Shown: one piece after another, positions 1 to 9,001 of the stretch
Layout: every line of letters begins with the position of its first letter
Numbering within the stretch: position 1 is the first letter of the stretch
Origin: Gemmata obscuriglobus
GTDB taxonomy: Bacteria; Planctomycetota; Planctomycetia; Gemmatales; Gemmataceae
NCBI RefSeq assembly: GCF_008065095.1
Contig: NZ_CP042911.1
Location: 3,420,001 to 3,452,000 of the forward strand
Direction: 5' to 3'
Length of the DNA: 32,000 nucleotides
Made by a program: the position numbers and the translations under genes
Notes under the pieces: generated by a model
Database searches by the model: none
The model's input: the letters and a program-made list of their open reading frames with translations, nothing else
What the model was told of the DNA's origin: nothing

Positions 1-2105
1 TCCGACACGCCCGCGCGGCCGGGCCAGGCGCCGACGAGCGTCTGGTACAGGAGGTACTCCTCGTTCGCGTCCGGTGCGAGCCGGTCGTCCACTTCGGTCT
101 TGTGAGCGCGGTTGTACCCGGACCAGCGCGACACGTGCTGCGTCCACTCCGCCGTCAGTTCCGAGAGGACGTTGAGGCGCGCGCGCACGTCCTCGCCGCG
201 CTTGGTGTCGTGGGTGGAGAGCGGCGACAACCCGCCGGGGGCCGCGGCCCGCGCGTGCAGGAACGCGTGGACCTGCTCGGGCTTCCACCCGAACTTGCCG
301 GGCTCGCCGCCCACCTCGTTGAGCGACACCAGCCGGTTGAACACGTAGAACGCGGTGTCCTCAACGCCTTTGGCGGCCACCGGCGAGGTGACCTGCTGAA
401 ACTTCCCGGCGAACCGGCGCTGCAGCGCGTGGTACTCCTCCGAAGCCGGTCCGCTCGGCGAATCCTTCAGCAGAACGGTGTCGCGGATAAAGTCGAACAC
501 GGCCTTCCCGAGCACCGGGTTGCGCCGGTACGCCCAGCGCGTGGCCTTGCCCACCACCGCTTTGTCCGTGTCGCCGACTGAGCCGTTCACGTAAGAGCGG
601 TACACCGGGAAACACGCGACCACCTCGCGGAGCGCCTTTCGGATGCCGTTGAGGGTGAAGTCGCGGCTCCGGCGGTCGAGCCGGGCGATGCGGTCCAGTT
701 GATGGGCCAGCGCGTTCAACTCGCTCGCGAGCGCGCCCTGTGTCGCCTGCCGCTTCGACCGGTACACCACCTCCGGCCACGGGTCGTCGAGGCCGGTGAA
801 CTGCTGATAGAAGTTGGTGAGCGCCCCTTCGCTCGCGGGATCGACGAACAGCCCGTTGAGCGCGTGAATGAACTCGTACCCCGTGGTCCCCGCGCACTCC
901 CAGGCGGCGGGCAGCTCCTCACCGTCGCCCAGGATTTTCTCCACGACGACGTAGAGCCCACCGGCCCCGTTGTGGCCCGTGCCGTCGTCGGTCGGCCCGG
1001 GCGGCGTGCGTCCCACGCTCGTCTGAAGGCGCGCGAGGTACTCTTTCGGATCGAACAGCCCGTCCGGGTGGTCGATGCGCAGCCCGTCGGCAATGCCCTC
1101 ACGGAGCCACCGGAACCAGGTGGAGTGGACGGCGGCGAACACCTCCCGGCGCTCGGTGCTGAGGGCTGCCAGGTCGTTCACATCGAAGAACCGGCGGTAG
1201 TTGATTTCGTCCGAAGCGACCCGCCAGAAGCACGGCCGGTACGCCTGGGCCTCAAGCAACTCGTCCAGCGCCGCGAAGCTGGTCGGATCGCCCGGCGTGC
1301 CCGCCAGTTTCGTCAGCGTGCCGGCAACGGCCGCCGCCGCTTCCGGGAACCGTTCGGCGAGTTCGCTTAAGCGGCGGCGGATCGCGATCACCTCCAGCCG
1401 GCCTTCCGCTTGTCGGGCCTCGTCGGGATCGGTTCGCGGGGGGAGCCCCTGAACGGCGTGTAGGATGCTGGCGAGTTCGATCGCGGACGGGTGCTCAGCG
1501 CCGTGCCGCTCGCGCACGTCCCGGGACGCCGGGGCGAGCACCTGTCCGTAGGTGCGTGGGTCGAGGGGGAGCCGGTTGTCGTGAACGCGAACATGGAACC
1601 CGCCCTCTTCGAACACCGGCTGGAACTCGCCCGACTCCAGCACCGCACCATACTGGTCGCCGAGGACCGGCAGGAGCAGACGGCCGGCCATTTGCGGGCG
1701 GGGCGAGTCGTGCCACGCGATGTCGAAGGCCGCCGCAAAGGACGACGCAGGGCCGTGTTCGAGCACGTCCGCCCACCACGCGTTCCCGGTCCCCACGCTC
1801 ATGTGGTTGGGCACGGCGTCGAGGAGCAGCCCCATGCCGCGGTCGCGCAGCGCGCGGGAAAGTTCTGCGAGGTCGGCTTCCGATCCGATTTCGGGGTTCA
1901 GCGCTGAATGGTCGAGGACATCGTACCCGTGCGTACTACCCGGTCGGGCCTTCAGGATCGGTGACGCATACAGATGCGTGACGCCGAGGGCGTGTAAATA
2001 CGGCACGATCGCCAAGACGTCGCGGAGGGTGAAGCCGGCATGAAACTGGACGCGGTACGTCGCGCCTGGGGCGCGAACCGCGTTACTCCTGGGCTGGTCC
2101 GTCAT
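1..2105 (-). CDS. treY: malto-oligosyltrehalose synthase (GH13), 3' end truncated by window start
   Basis: Not in the ORF track because it runs off the window. Reverse-strand translation from ATG 2105..2103 gives MTDQPRSNAVRAPGATYRVQFHAGFTLRDVLAIVPYLHALGVTHLYASPILKARPGSTHGYDVLDHSALNPEIG. Further blocks follow: EINYRRFFDVNDLAAL, GLRIDHPDGLFDP, GTTGYEF, KFQQVTSPVAAKGVEDTAFY and STHDTKRGEDVRARL. I checked the frame as open from 2105 to position 3. These blocks are characteristic of TreY. Confidence 0.9.
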   Translation of the reverse strand, partial: MTDQPRSNAVRAPGATYRVQFHAGFTLRDVLAIVPYLHALGVTHLYASPILKARPGSTHGYDVLDHSALNPEIGSEADLAELSRALRDRGMGLLLDAVPNHMSVGTGNAWWADVLEHGPASSFAAAFDIAWHDSPRPQMAGRLLLPVLGDQYGAVLESGEFQPVFEEGGFHVRVHDNRLPLDPRTYGQVLAPASRDVRERHGAEHPSAIELASILHAVQGLPPRTDPDEARQAEGRLEVIAIRRRLSELAERFPEAAAAVAGTLTKLAGTPGDPTSFAALDELLEAQAYRPCFWRVASDEINYRRFFDVNDLAALSTERREVFAAVHSTWFRWLREGIADGLRIDHPDGLFDPKEYLARLQTSVGRTPPGPTDDGTGHNGAGGLYVVVEKILGDGEELPAAWECAGTTGYEFIHALNGLFVDPASEGALTNFYQQFTGLDDPWPEVVYRSKRQATQGALASELNALAHQLDRIARLDRRSRDFTLNGIRKALREVVACFPVYRSYVNGSVGDTDKAVVGKATRWAYRRNPVLGKAVFDFIRDTVLLKDSPSGPASEEYHALQRRFAGKFQQVTSPVAAKGVEDTAFYVFNRLVSLNEVGGEPGKFGWKPEQVHAFLHARAAAPGGLSPLSTHDTKRGEDVRARLNVLSELTAEWTQHVSRWSGYNRAHKTEVDDRLAPDANEEYLLYQTLVGAWPGRAGVS

Positions 2106-2288
2106 TCGGGTTCCGTTCGACAAGCAGGCGCCAAGTGCGTTCACCACCCAGACACTGCGTGCAAGCTGCGAACCGCGTGCCGATGCTGCTCAGCCGGCGC
2201 GAAAGATGCTGGGTACGTGGCGACCGCTCGTCGCGGTTGTAGCGGGGCCATGTGGCCCCGGGGTGATAAAGTTCTGTGATTCAAATTC

Positions 2289-2318
2289 TCGACATGAAGG
2301 TTTCGTGTCGAGTACAAT
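2289..2318 (+). promoter_or_regulatory. putative sigma70-like promoter (TCGACA-N18-TACAAT) upstream of the C26 amidotransferase gene
   Basis: It lies in the only AT-rich patch of the divergent treY/amidotransferase intergenic region. TCGACA is at 2289..2294 and TACAAT at 2313..2318. A 7-bp inverted repeat CTCGACA/TGTCGAG overlaps the spacer. Consensus matching by eye only. Confidence 0.25.
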
Positions 2319-2375
2319 ACTCAAATCCTCTCCACCAGAATCGCCCCATTGAGGAAGTGTCCGGGGAGCTACCGC

Positions 2376-3125
2376 ATGTCATCGCGCCGACCCGTAATCG
2401 GGATCGCAACCCAAACCCTTCCCGCCGTACCGGGTGAGCGGCAGGCGTGTTGGCTAATGGGCCGTAGCTACATTGAGGAGTTGCGTAAGGTGGGTGCGGT
2501 ACCGTGGGTCATCCCGCTGGTACCGCACGACCCCGATACGCTTCAGGAGATCTTCAACCGGCTCGACGGGGTGTTCATCACCGGCGGCGTGGACGTGGAC
2601 CCGTCGCGCTACGGTGAACCGAAGACCGAGCTTTGCGGCACCACGGATACGGACCGCGACGCGGTGGAGATCGCGCTGCTCAAGCACGCTCTGGCCGCGA
2701 AACTCCCTGTTCTGGCGGTGTGCCGGGGCATTCAGATCCTGAACGTCACCTGTGGCGGTACGCTGTACCAAGATGTCCACGCGCAGGTGCCCGCCGCGCT
2801 GAAGCACGATTTCTTCCCGACCCCCGACCGCCCGAGCCGCAAGTACCTCGCGCACGACATCACGGTGAAGGCCGGGTCGCGGATGCGAAACATCCTGGGC
2901 GACGCGGTGGTGCCCGTCAACAGCATGCACCATCAAGCGATTAAAGACCTCGCCCCGCGGCTCGCGGCCACCGCCTTCGCGCCCGACGGCATCATCGAGG
3001 GTGTGGAAGGGGTTGACGACCAGTACGTTGTGGCGGTGCAGTGGCACCCAGAAGAACTGACGGAAACGCAGCCTGGGATGGCCCGGTTGTTCACCACCTT
3101 TGCACAGGCCGCCAGCGCGGCATAG
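2376..3125 (+). CDS. class I glutamine amidotransferase, peptidase C26 / gamma-glutamyl-GABA hydrolase-like
   Basis: Track ORF 2349..3125; I prefer ATG 2376 (MSSRRPVIGIA). Motifs: GGVDVDPSRYGE, the nucleophile elbow AVCRGIQILNV, SMHHQAI and VQWHPE. Confidence 0.85.
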   Translation: MSSRRPVIGIATQTLPAVPGERQACWLMGRSYIEELRKVGAVPWVIPLVPHDPDTLQEIFNRLDGVFITGGVDVDPSRYGEPKTELCGTTDTDRDAVEIALLKHALAAKLPVLAVCRGIQILNVTCGGTLYQDVHAQVPAALKHDFFPTPDRPSRKYLAHDITVKAGSRMRNILGDAVVPVNSMHHQAIKDLAPRLAATAFAPDGIIEGVEGVDDQYVVAVQWHPEELTETQPGMARLFTTFAQAASAA

Positions 3126-3140
3126 TCGTCGAGAGACCGT

Positions 3141-3224
3141 GGGCCGCTCCGGCGGGCGGGGCGCACGAGCGGGGGCGTGTTCCATCACAGCCCCGCTCGT
3201 GCGCCCCGCCCGCCGGAGCGGCCC
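3141..3224. repeat. perfect 34-bp inverted repeat with a 16-nt loop; probable intrinsic terminator or insulator hairpin
   Basis: The left arm 3141..3174 (GGGCCGCTCCGGCGGGCGGGGCGCACGAGCGGGG) is the exact reverse complement of 3191..3224. It sits between the amidotransferase stop (3125) and the next start (3260). Confidence 0.7.
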
Positions 3225-3259
3225 GCAGCACTTATTGGCATTTCAAGGAGCCTCGCACC

Positions 3260-4132
3260 GTGCGTTACCTCGCGCTCGTTTGCCTCGGTTTGCTTCCCCC
3301 TCACGCTTCCGCTGCCGACCTCGAAAGCCGCATCACGCCGCTCGTGAAAGAGCACAAAGGCAAGGTGGCGGTTGCGGTAAAGCACCTCAAGACGGGCGAA
3401 GAGTTCTATCTCAACGCCGACGAGCCCATGCCCACCGCGAGCCTCATCAAGTTGCCGATCATGGTCGAAGCGTACTGGCAGGCGAAGGAAGACAAAATCA
3501 AGTTCGACAAGCCGGTCACGCTCGCGAAGGGGGACAAGGTGCCCGGCAGCGGCATCCTCACGCCGCACTTCTCTGAGGGGGCCGCGTTCCCGCTGAAGGA
3601 CGCGATCAGGCTCATGATCGTTTACTCCGACAACACCGCCACCAACATGGTCATCGATCAGATCGGGTTGCCGGCGACCGGCGAGCGGATGGCGCAGCTC
3701 GGGCTCAAGAACACCAAAGTGAACGCGAAGGTGTTTAAGCCAGAAACTCGTCTCAGCCAGGAGTTCGGCAAGAAGTACGGTCTCGGCAGTACGACCGCGA
3801 AAGAGGCGGTCCGGTTGCTCGAACTCATCGACGCGGGGAAGGTGGTTTCTCCGGAGGCGTGCAAGGAGATGCTCGGGCACCTGAAGGCGTGCGACGATAA
3901 GGAGAAACTGGTGCGCTTTCTGCCCGCGGGAACGGTGGTCGCGCACAAGTCCGGCTCGGTGGACGCGTCGAAGACCGACGCGGGGATCATTTATACGAAA
4001 GGCGGTCCGATCGCGGTGTGTGTGCTGACCGACGCGAACGAGGATAAGCGCTGGGCCGCCGACAACGCCGGGCAGGTGCTGATCGGAAAGGTTGCGAAAG
4101 AAGTGTTCGACCACTTCGCGGAAAAGAAGTAA
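3260..4132 (+). CDS. class A beta-lactamase-like serine hydrolase, exported
   Basis: In frame within track ORF 3041..4132. GTG 3260 is preceded by AAGGAG (3245..3250). The signal peptide is VRYLALVCLGLLPPHASA|AD. The S-x-x-K (ASLIK), SDN (YSDNTA) and KSG (HKSGSV) motifs occur in canonical order. Confidence 0.8.
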   Translation: MRYLALVCLGLLPPHASAADLESRITPLVKEHKGKVAVAVKHLKTGEEFYLNADEPMPTASLIKLPIMVEAYWQAKEDKIKFDKPVTLAKGDKVPGSGILTPHFSEGAAFPLKDAIRLMIVYSDNTATNMVIDQIGLPATGERMAQLGLKNTKVNAKVFKPETRLSQEFGKKYGLGSTTAKEAVRLLELIDAGKVVSPEACKEMLGHLKACDDKEKLVRFLPAGTVVAHKSGSVDASKTDAGIIYTKGGPIAVCVLTDANEDKRWAADNAGQVLIGKVAKEVFDHFAEKK

Positions 4133-4135
4133 CGG

Positions 4136-5353
4136 TCACCGTTCCCGAGTGCGGGGGCATGTTGTCGCGAGCGCGAGCACCCCGAGCATTCCCCAGGTGG
4201 GGGCCAACAGGATCAGGTTCAGCGCCGGCGGTACGTTCTCGCCGGTTAGTGCGACCCACTGCGTCGCGAGCCAGCGGTCGTTCATCCAAAGAGCGGCCGC
4301 ACACGCGATCAAGAACGTGCGGCGGGAACCGGTCGCGTGCCGGCCCAGTACCGCGATCGGGACCAGCATCATAGGCACCGCGTGCAACCACGTCAGCGGC
4401 GACAGCAGAAGCATCGCGGGTATCAGGATCGCGATGGTCCGATCCGGTCGGTCGGGTTGGTGCCGGGCGCGGACCAACCCGACCGCGAGCAGGAGAACAA
4501 CCGCGCCCCGCGCCGCCCAGGATAGCCGAGCGGCCACATCCGGCCGGTCGGCCATTCGCTCGAGCCACGGGGAGTATTCGTTCGGGGCGCCGAACGCGCG
4601 GTGCGCGGCACCGGCGACCGACAAGTTGAAACCGTGCCCGACGAACGAGCGTGCGTTCGCCGGCGCCCGCGTCTGGACGTAATTGACCAGACTGTCAGAG
4701 CCGGTGACGACGGTCGCGGCCCCCCAACAGACGATCACAACGACGCCGGCGGTCGCGATCCCGCGCCAGGTGCGCTCACCGAACAACCCCAGCACGAGCA
4801 GGCCGGGGTACAACTTGATTGCTCCGGCCAACCCGAGCCACGCGCCAGCCGGGCCGGCGCGGTCACGGCGGAGCGCCCGCCACCCGAGCGCGATCGGCAG
4901 CAGCAGAACGAGCGACACGTTCCCCACACACAGACACGTCACCGCCCCGGGGTGGAGCAGCAGCGCGGTGACGACCAGCGCCGTCACCCGGGCCGACCAG
5001 CCCAACTCGCGGCCGACGATTACGACGCAACCGGTGCCCGCCGCAACGTTAGCTGCCGCTAACAGCAGGAACGCGATCGGGTACGGTAGTAACTCCAGCG
5101 GGGCGAGCGCGACGATGTACGGCGGCGGGTGGTCGCTCGTAACCGTGTCAGTCGCACCCGGATGCGCCCACGCCGCCGGGAGCGGGTCGTAAACCGGTGT
5201 TCCGTCCCGTAGCGCCCGGGCCGTGAGATAGTCCTGGGTGAGGTCCGACGGGACGTGCCGGTACGTGGCCGCCGACGCCAGCGCCCATACACATGCTGCG
5301 ACCGCTCCCGTTACACACAGCGCCAGCCCGCGGCGCGCCGCCACCCGTTCCAT
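4136..5353 (-). CDS. polytopic membrane protein, DUF2029 / GT87-like glycosyltransferase
   Basis: 405-aa ORF with many hydrophobic helices. The N-terminal [21 protein letters not shown] and [17 protein letters not shown], and the later AIKLYPG, resemble the GT-C mannosyltransferase-like DUF2029 family. Family recognition by eye. Confidence 0.6.
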   Translation of the reverse strand: MERVAARRGLALCVTGAVAACVWALASAATYRHVPSDLTQDYLTARALRDGTPVYDPLPAAWAHPGATDTVTSDHPPPYIVALAPLELLPYPIAFLLLAAANVAAGTGCVVIVGRELGWSARVTALVVTALLLHPGAVTCLCVGNVSLVLLLPIALGWRALRRDRAGPAGAWLGLAGAIKLYPGLLVLGLFGERTWRGIATAGVVVIVCWGAATVVTGSDSLVNYVQTRAPANARSFVGHGFNLSVAGAAHRAFGAPNEYSPWLERMADRPDVAARLSWAARGAVVLLLAVGLVRARHQPDRPDRTIAILIPAMLLLSPLTWLHAVPMMLVPIAVLGRHATGSRRTFLIACAAALWMNDRWLATQWVALTGENVPPALNLILLAPTWGMLGVLALATTCPRTRER

Positions 5354-5472
5354 CCGGCCTCACAAAATGCGGTCGCGTCGGTGCCCCGGATGGCCGAACG
5401 AATCCGCCCCCGGTATCGTTGCAGGAGCATACCACCTCAACCACACCGCCACCAACCGTGGAGACCTCTCCG

Positions 5473-6624
5473 ATGGCCAAGAAACCGCTTCGCGTCGGCA
5501 TGATCGGGTACGGGTTCATGGGCCGCGCCCACTCGAACGCGTACAAGCAGGTGGGGCAGTTCTTCCCGTCGAACTACGAAGTGGTGCTCCAGGCCGCCTG
5601 TGCCCGGAACGCCGACGAGGTCAAGAAGTTCGCGGACCAGTGGGGCTACGCGTCCACCGAAACCGACTGGCGCAAACTGATCGAGCGCAAGGACATTGAT
5701 GTCATCGACATCTGCACGCCCAACAACATGCACAAGGAGATCGCCATTGCCGCCGCCGCGGCGGGCAAGGCGATCCTGTGCGAGAAGCCGCTGGCGATGA
5801 ACGTCCCCGAGGGGCGCGAAATGGTGGCGGCGGTCGAGAAGGCCGGTGTGCCGAACATGGTGTGGTACAACTACCGCCGCATCCCCGCCGTTACGCTCGC
5901 CAAGAAGCTGATCGACGAGGGCCGGCTCGGCAAGATCTTCCACTACCGCGCCAAGTTCCTCCAGGACTGGACGATCAAATCGGACCTGCCGCAAGGCGGG
6001 CAGGGGCTGTGGCGCCTCGACGCCGCCGCCGCCGGCAGCGGGGTGAGCGGGGACCTGCTCGCCCACTGCATCGACACGAGCATCTGGCTGAACGGCCGGC
6101 TAGACAGCGTGTGCGCGATGACCGAAACGTTCGTGAAGGAGCGGATGCACACCCTGACCGGCAAGGTCGAGAAGGTGAGCATCGACGACGCCTGCACGTT
6201 CATGGGGCGGTACGAGAACGGGTCGCTGGCGAACTTCGAGAGCACCCGGTACGCCCGCGGGCACAAGGCGCTGTACACGTTCGAGATCAACGGCGAGGAC
6301 ATGTCGCTGTTCTGGGACCTGCACGACCTGCACCGGTTGCAGATCTTCGACTACAAGGTGGAGGGCAAGCTCCGCGGCTGGTCGAGCATCCACGTCACCG
6401 ACAACGGCGGCGACCACCCGTACATGAAAAACTGGTGGGTGCCGGGGCTGGCGATCGGCTACGATTCGAGTTTCACGCACCAGGTGGCCGATTTCATCCA
6501 GGGGCTGGAGAGCGGCACGCCGCAAGGCCCGACGTTCAAGGACGCGCTCGAAACGCAGTGCGTGCTCGACGCCATCCTCGATTCCGCGAAGGGCCAAAAG
6601 TGGGTCGACGTGGCGAAGGCGTAG
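5473..6624 (+). CDS. Gfo/Idh/MocA family oxidoreductase (cytoplasmic type)
   Basis: In frame within track ORF 5293..6624. ATG 5473 gives [24 protein letters not shown] (Rossmann GxGxxG). Also DICTPNNMH and AILCEKPLA. Confidence 0.9.
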   Translation: MAKKPLRVGMIGYGFMGRAHSNAYKQVGQFFPSNYEVVLQAACARNADEVKKFADQWGYASTETDWRKLIERKDIDVIDICTPNNMHKEIAIAAAAAGKAILCEKPLAMNVPEGREMVAAVEKAGVPNMVWYNYRRIPAVTLAKKLIDEGRLGKIFHYRAKFLQDWTIKSDLPQGGQGLWRLDAAAAGSGVSGDLLAHCIDTSIWLNGRLDSVCAMTETFVKERMHTLTGKVEKVSIDDACTFMGRYENGSLANFESTRYARGHKALYTFEINGEDMSLFWDLHDLHRLQIFDYKVEGKLRGWSSIHVTDNGGDHPYMKNWWVPGLAIGYDSSFTHQVADFIQGLESGTPQGPTFKDALETQCVLDAILDSAKGQKWVDVAKA

Positions 6625-6639
6625 CCCTCAGCGGTTTAA

Positions 6640-6662
6640 CGGCGGTCCCGCCGGGACCGCCG
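6640..6662 (+). terminator. 10-bp GC stem / 3-nt loop hairpin after the oxidoreductase gene
   Basis: CGGCGGTCCC-GCC-GGGACCGCCG lies 16 nt after the stop at 6624. There is no clear U-tract. Confidence 0.4.
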
Positions 6663-6695
6663 CTTCGCTCGATCGAGGCTGTTAAGGTAGCCAAG

Positions 6696-6938
6696 GTGGA
6701 CGACCCAGTCCCTGATCCGCCGGTGCCCGCATTCGACGCGGACGGGATGATGATTCCGCCGTGGGTCAAATACCCGTCGATCCCGCGAGCTTCGATCGGC
6801 TGGCGGATGGGCGAGGGCGAGGAGTATTGGGACAACTTTCGGGTGTGGTGGGGAACTCAGCAGGTTGCGGTTCAGACGGTAATGCAGGCGACGTATCCCG
6901 AGCCGACGGGCTGGTCTGGCTTCTACGAACGGGTGTAG
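6696..6938 (+). CDS. small Trp-rich hypothetical protein (64-80 aa)
   Basis: This is the tail of the otherwise off-frame track ORF 5778..6938. From GTG 6696 (or ATG 6747) it reads ...MMIPPWVKYPSIPRASIGWRMGEGEEYWDNFRVWWGTQQVAVQTVMQATYPEPTGWSGFYERV. Third codon positions are mostly G/C and the composition is protein-like. I recognise no family. Confidence 0.5.
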   Translation: MDDPVPDPPVPAFDADGMMIPPWVKYPSIPRASIGWRMGEGEEYWDNFRVWWGTQQVAVQTVMQATYPEPTGWSGFYERV

Positions 6939-7021
6939 CGCCGAATGTGATCGTTCGCCCGATCCGAGGTTGTGTGCGACCGACGGCGGGCGGTATGCTC
7001 GCCGCGCAGGAGGAAGGAGCG

Positions 7022-7564
7022 ATGCCCGCGACCGCGCAAGCGCTCGTAACGCTCGAAGAGTACGCCCGGTTGCCCGATCGGGACAACGGGATTGATCTCA
7101 TCGCCGGACGCGTGGTTAACCGACCTTTTCACTCCGCACAACACGGGCTGGTGTGTGGGAACATTTGTGGCTTGTTGGGCGAGTACCGGCAGCGCCGCGG
7201 CACCGGCTCCGCCTCCCTGCGCTGCGGGTTGGTGATCGCCCGCGACCCCGCGACGGTGACCGGCCCGGATGCGGCGTTCTGGAGCGACCGAACCGACCTC
7301 CCGCTCGAGCACGGTTGGCCGACTCGCCCACCGGACGCGGCGTTCGAAGTCGTTGATGCCGGTGAACCGTACTCCGATGTTATGCGCCGGGTGCGGCTCT
7401 TGGTTGAGTTCGGTGTCGGTGTGCTGTGGCTGGTTGATCCGTCCCTCCGGTCTGTTGCCGAATTCCGCGGGCCGGCCGTTCGGACATTTGAAGTCTCGGA
7501 CACCCTCGACGGCGGGGACGTGCTGCCCGGGTTCGCGTGCAAAGTGTCCGACCTGTTCGCCTGA
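7022..7564 (+). CDS. Uma2 family (DUF820) putative endonuclease
   Basis: ATG 7022 is preceded by AGGAGGAAGGAG. The sequence begins MPATAQALVTLEEYARLPDRDNGIDLIAGRVV. The later PDAAF...PPDAAFEVVD...GVGVLWLVDP layout is typical of Uma2/PD-(D/E)xK proteins. Confidence 0.85.
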   Translation: MPATAQALVTLEEYARLPDRDNGIDLIAGRVVNRPFHSAQHGLVCGNICGLLGEYRQRRGTGSASLRCGLVIARDPATVTGPDAAFWSDRTDLPLEHGWPTRPPDAAFEVVDAGEPYSDVMRRVRLLVEFGVGVLWLVDPSLRSVAEFRGPAVRTFEVSDTLDGGDVLPGFACKVSDLFA

Positions 7565-7660
7565 CGTACCGCCCTTTTCGGCGCCGCGCTGAAATGACCT
7601 TTGCGGTCCGTCGTCGTTCGGCTGACTCCACCTCTCGTGCGTCACCTTCGGGACCGACCC

Positions 7661-9001
7661 ATGCGCAACCTGTCGCTGGCCGCACAACGCAAGCTTATCT
7701 ACCTGACCGCCGCCGGCGTGGCTGCGGTGTTCGGGTACTGGTTCCTCTTCTCGGACGGGCTGCCGATCCTCTGGGGGCCGACCGCGAGGGCGTCCGAAAT
7801 CGCCGAAGGGCGGGAGCTGTTCGAGCGCGAGTGGGCTCCCAACGACCCGCTCGCCCACGGCGACGGCCTCGGGCCGGTGTTCAACGCGAAGTCGTGCGCG
7901 ACCTGCCATTTCCAGGGCGGGCTCGGTGGCGGCGGGAACGTCGAACACAACGCGATGAGCTTTGAGATCCACTCGCGCCCCAGCGACCCGACCTTCCGCA
8001 CCGGCACGGTTCACAACTTTAGCACCAACCCTTCGCTTCGGGAAACGGAGCGGACCCTCCGCACCCTGTTCCCTGTGATTAAGGGCCGCACAATTACGAA
8101 CGCGGGGCACTGCTCCACCAACATCACGATCCCCGATTTCGATCCGGTGCGCACGCAACCTGTACAGACCACCGCGCTGTTCGGGGCGGGGTGGGTCGAT
8201 CTGATCTCCGACCGCGCGATCTTACGGAACGAGCGCAACCGCGGGCTCCGCGCCGCGGGTCGTGAAATGTGTCTCGAGTTCGACAACATTCCCATTGGTC
8301 GGGCACGCCGGGTATCAGGCGGGATCGGGAAATTCGGCTGGAAAGCGCAGTTCGCCACCCTGGAAGAGTTCGTGGCCGCCGCATGTGCCAACGAACTCGG
8401 CCTGGGCACGCCGCTGACCGAACAAGCGAAGCCGCTTTCCGGACCGAGCCCGTCCGTTGAGCCCGATCTCGATAAGAAGCAGCTCCGGGCGCTGGTCGCG
8501 TTCGTGAAGACCCTGTCGAAACCGGTCGAGGTCTCCGGCGAGCCGAAAGCCGAGCACGGGAAACAGGTGTTTCACACGACCGGGTGCGCCGTTTGCCACG
8601 TTCCGGACATGGGCGGGGTGAAGGGCGTGTACAGTGATTTCCTGTTGTACACCCTCGAAGACCCGCCTCCCCCGGGTGGCCGGGACGAGTACAACACCGC
8701 CCCGCCGCCCGAACTGCAACTGCCGGAACGCGCCGAGGGAGAACCGAAGTTGAACGAGTGGAAGACCCCGCCGCTGTGGGGCGTCGCGGATTCGGCGCCG
8801 TACTTCCATGACGGCGCGTCTCCGACCCTCAAGGACGCGATCCTGCGCCACCGCGGCGACGCGAAGAGCGTGAGCGAGAAGTTTAAGTCCCTTGGCACCG
8901 ACGAGCAGAACGCCCTGCTCGCGTTCCTCGGCACGTTGAAGGCCCCGCCGGACGCGCCGCGGCTCCGCGACCCCTCGATCACGAAGTTGAGTCGCAAGTG
9001 A
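7661..9001 (+). CDS. di-haem cytochrome c, DUF1111 / peroxidase-like, membrane-anchored
   Basis: ATG 7661 (MRNLSLAAQRKLIYLTAAGVAAVFGYWFLF) provides an N-terminal TM segment. Two CxxCH sites are present: CATCHFQGGLGGGG and CAVCHVP. GKFGWKAQFATLEEFVAAACANELG and PPLWGVADSAPYFHDGASPTLKDAILRHRGDA match DUF1111-type proteins. Confidence 0.8.
   Translation: MRNLSLAAQRKLIYLTAAGVAAVFGYWFLFSDGLPILWGPTARASEIAEGRELFEREWAPNDPLAHGDGLGPVFNAKSCATCHFQGGLGGGGNVEHNAMSFEIHSRPSDPTFRTGTVHNFSTNPSLRETERTLRTLFPVIKGRTITNAGHCSTNITIPDFDPVRTQPVQTTALFGAGWVDLISDRAILRNERNRGLRAAGREMCLEFDNIPIGRARRVSGGIGKFGWKAQFATLEEFVAAACANELGLGTPLTEQAKPLSGPSPSVEPDLDKKQLRALVAFVKTLSKPVEVSGEPKAEHGKQVFHTTGCAVCHVPDMGGVKGVYSDFLLYTLEDPPPPGGRDEYNTAPPPELQLPERAEGEPKLNEWKTPPLWGVADSAPYFHDGASPTLKDAILRHRGDAKSVSEKFKSLGTDEQNALLAFLGTLKAPPDAPRLRDPSITKLSRK

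Noticed and set aside
3041-3259. N-terminal extensions of track ORFs. The track starts are 3041, 5293, 6761, 7601, 13254, 21134, 26475 and 30985.
   Set aside because: The extensions are Arg/Pro-rich, run across terminator hairpins or intergenic DNA, and lack ribosome-binding sites. Internal starts with SD-like sequences give canonical N-termini such as signal peptides, the Rossmann GxGxxG and the P-II MKLIL start.
3260-4132. Calling the class A beta-lactamase-like gene an antibiotic-resistance determinant.
   Set aside because: The SxxK/SDN/KSG motifs only show membership of the serine hydrolase/PBP-like fold. I could not verify the omega-loop Glu166-type residues, and the context is not resistance-related.
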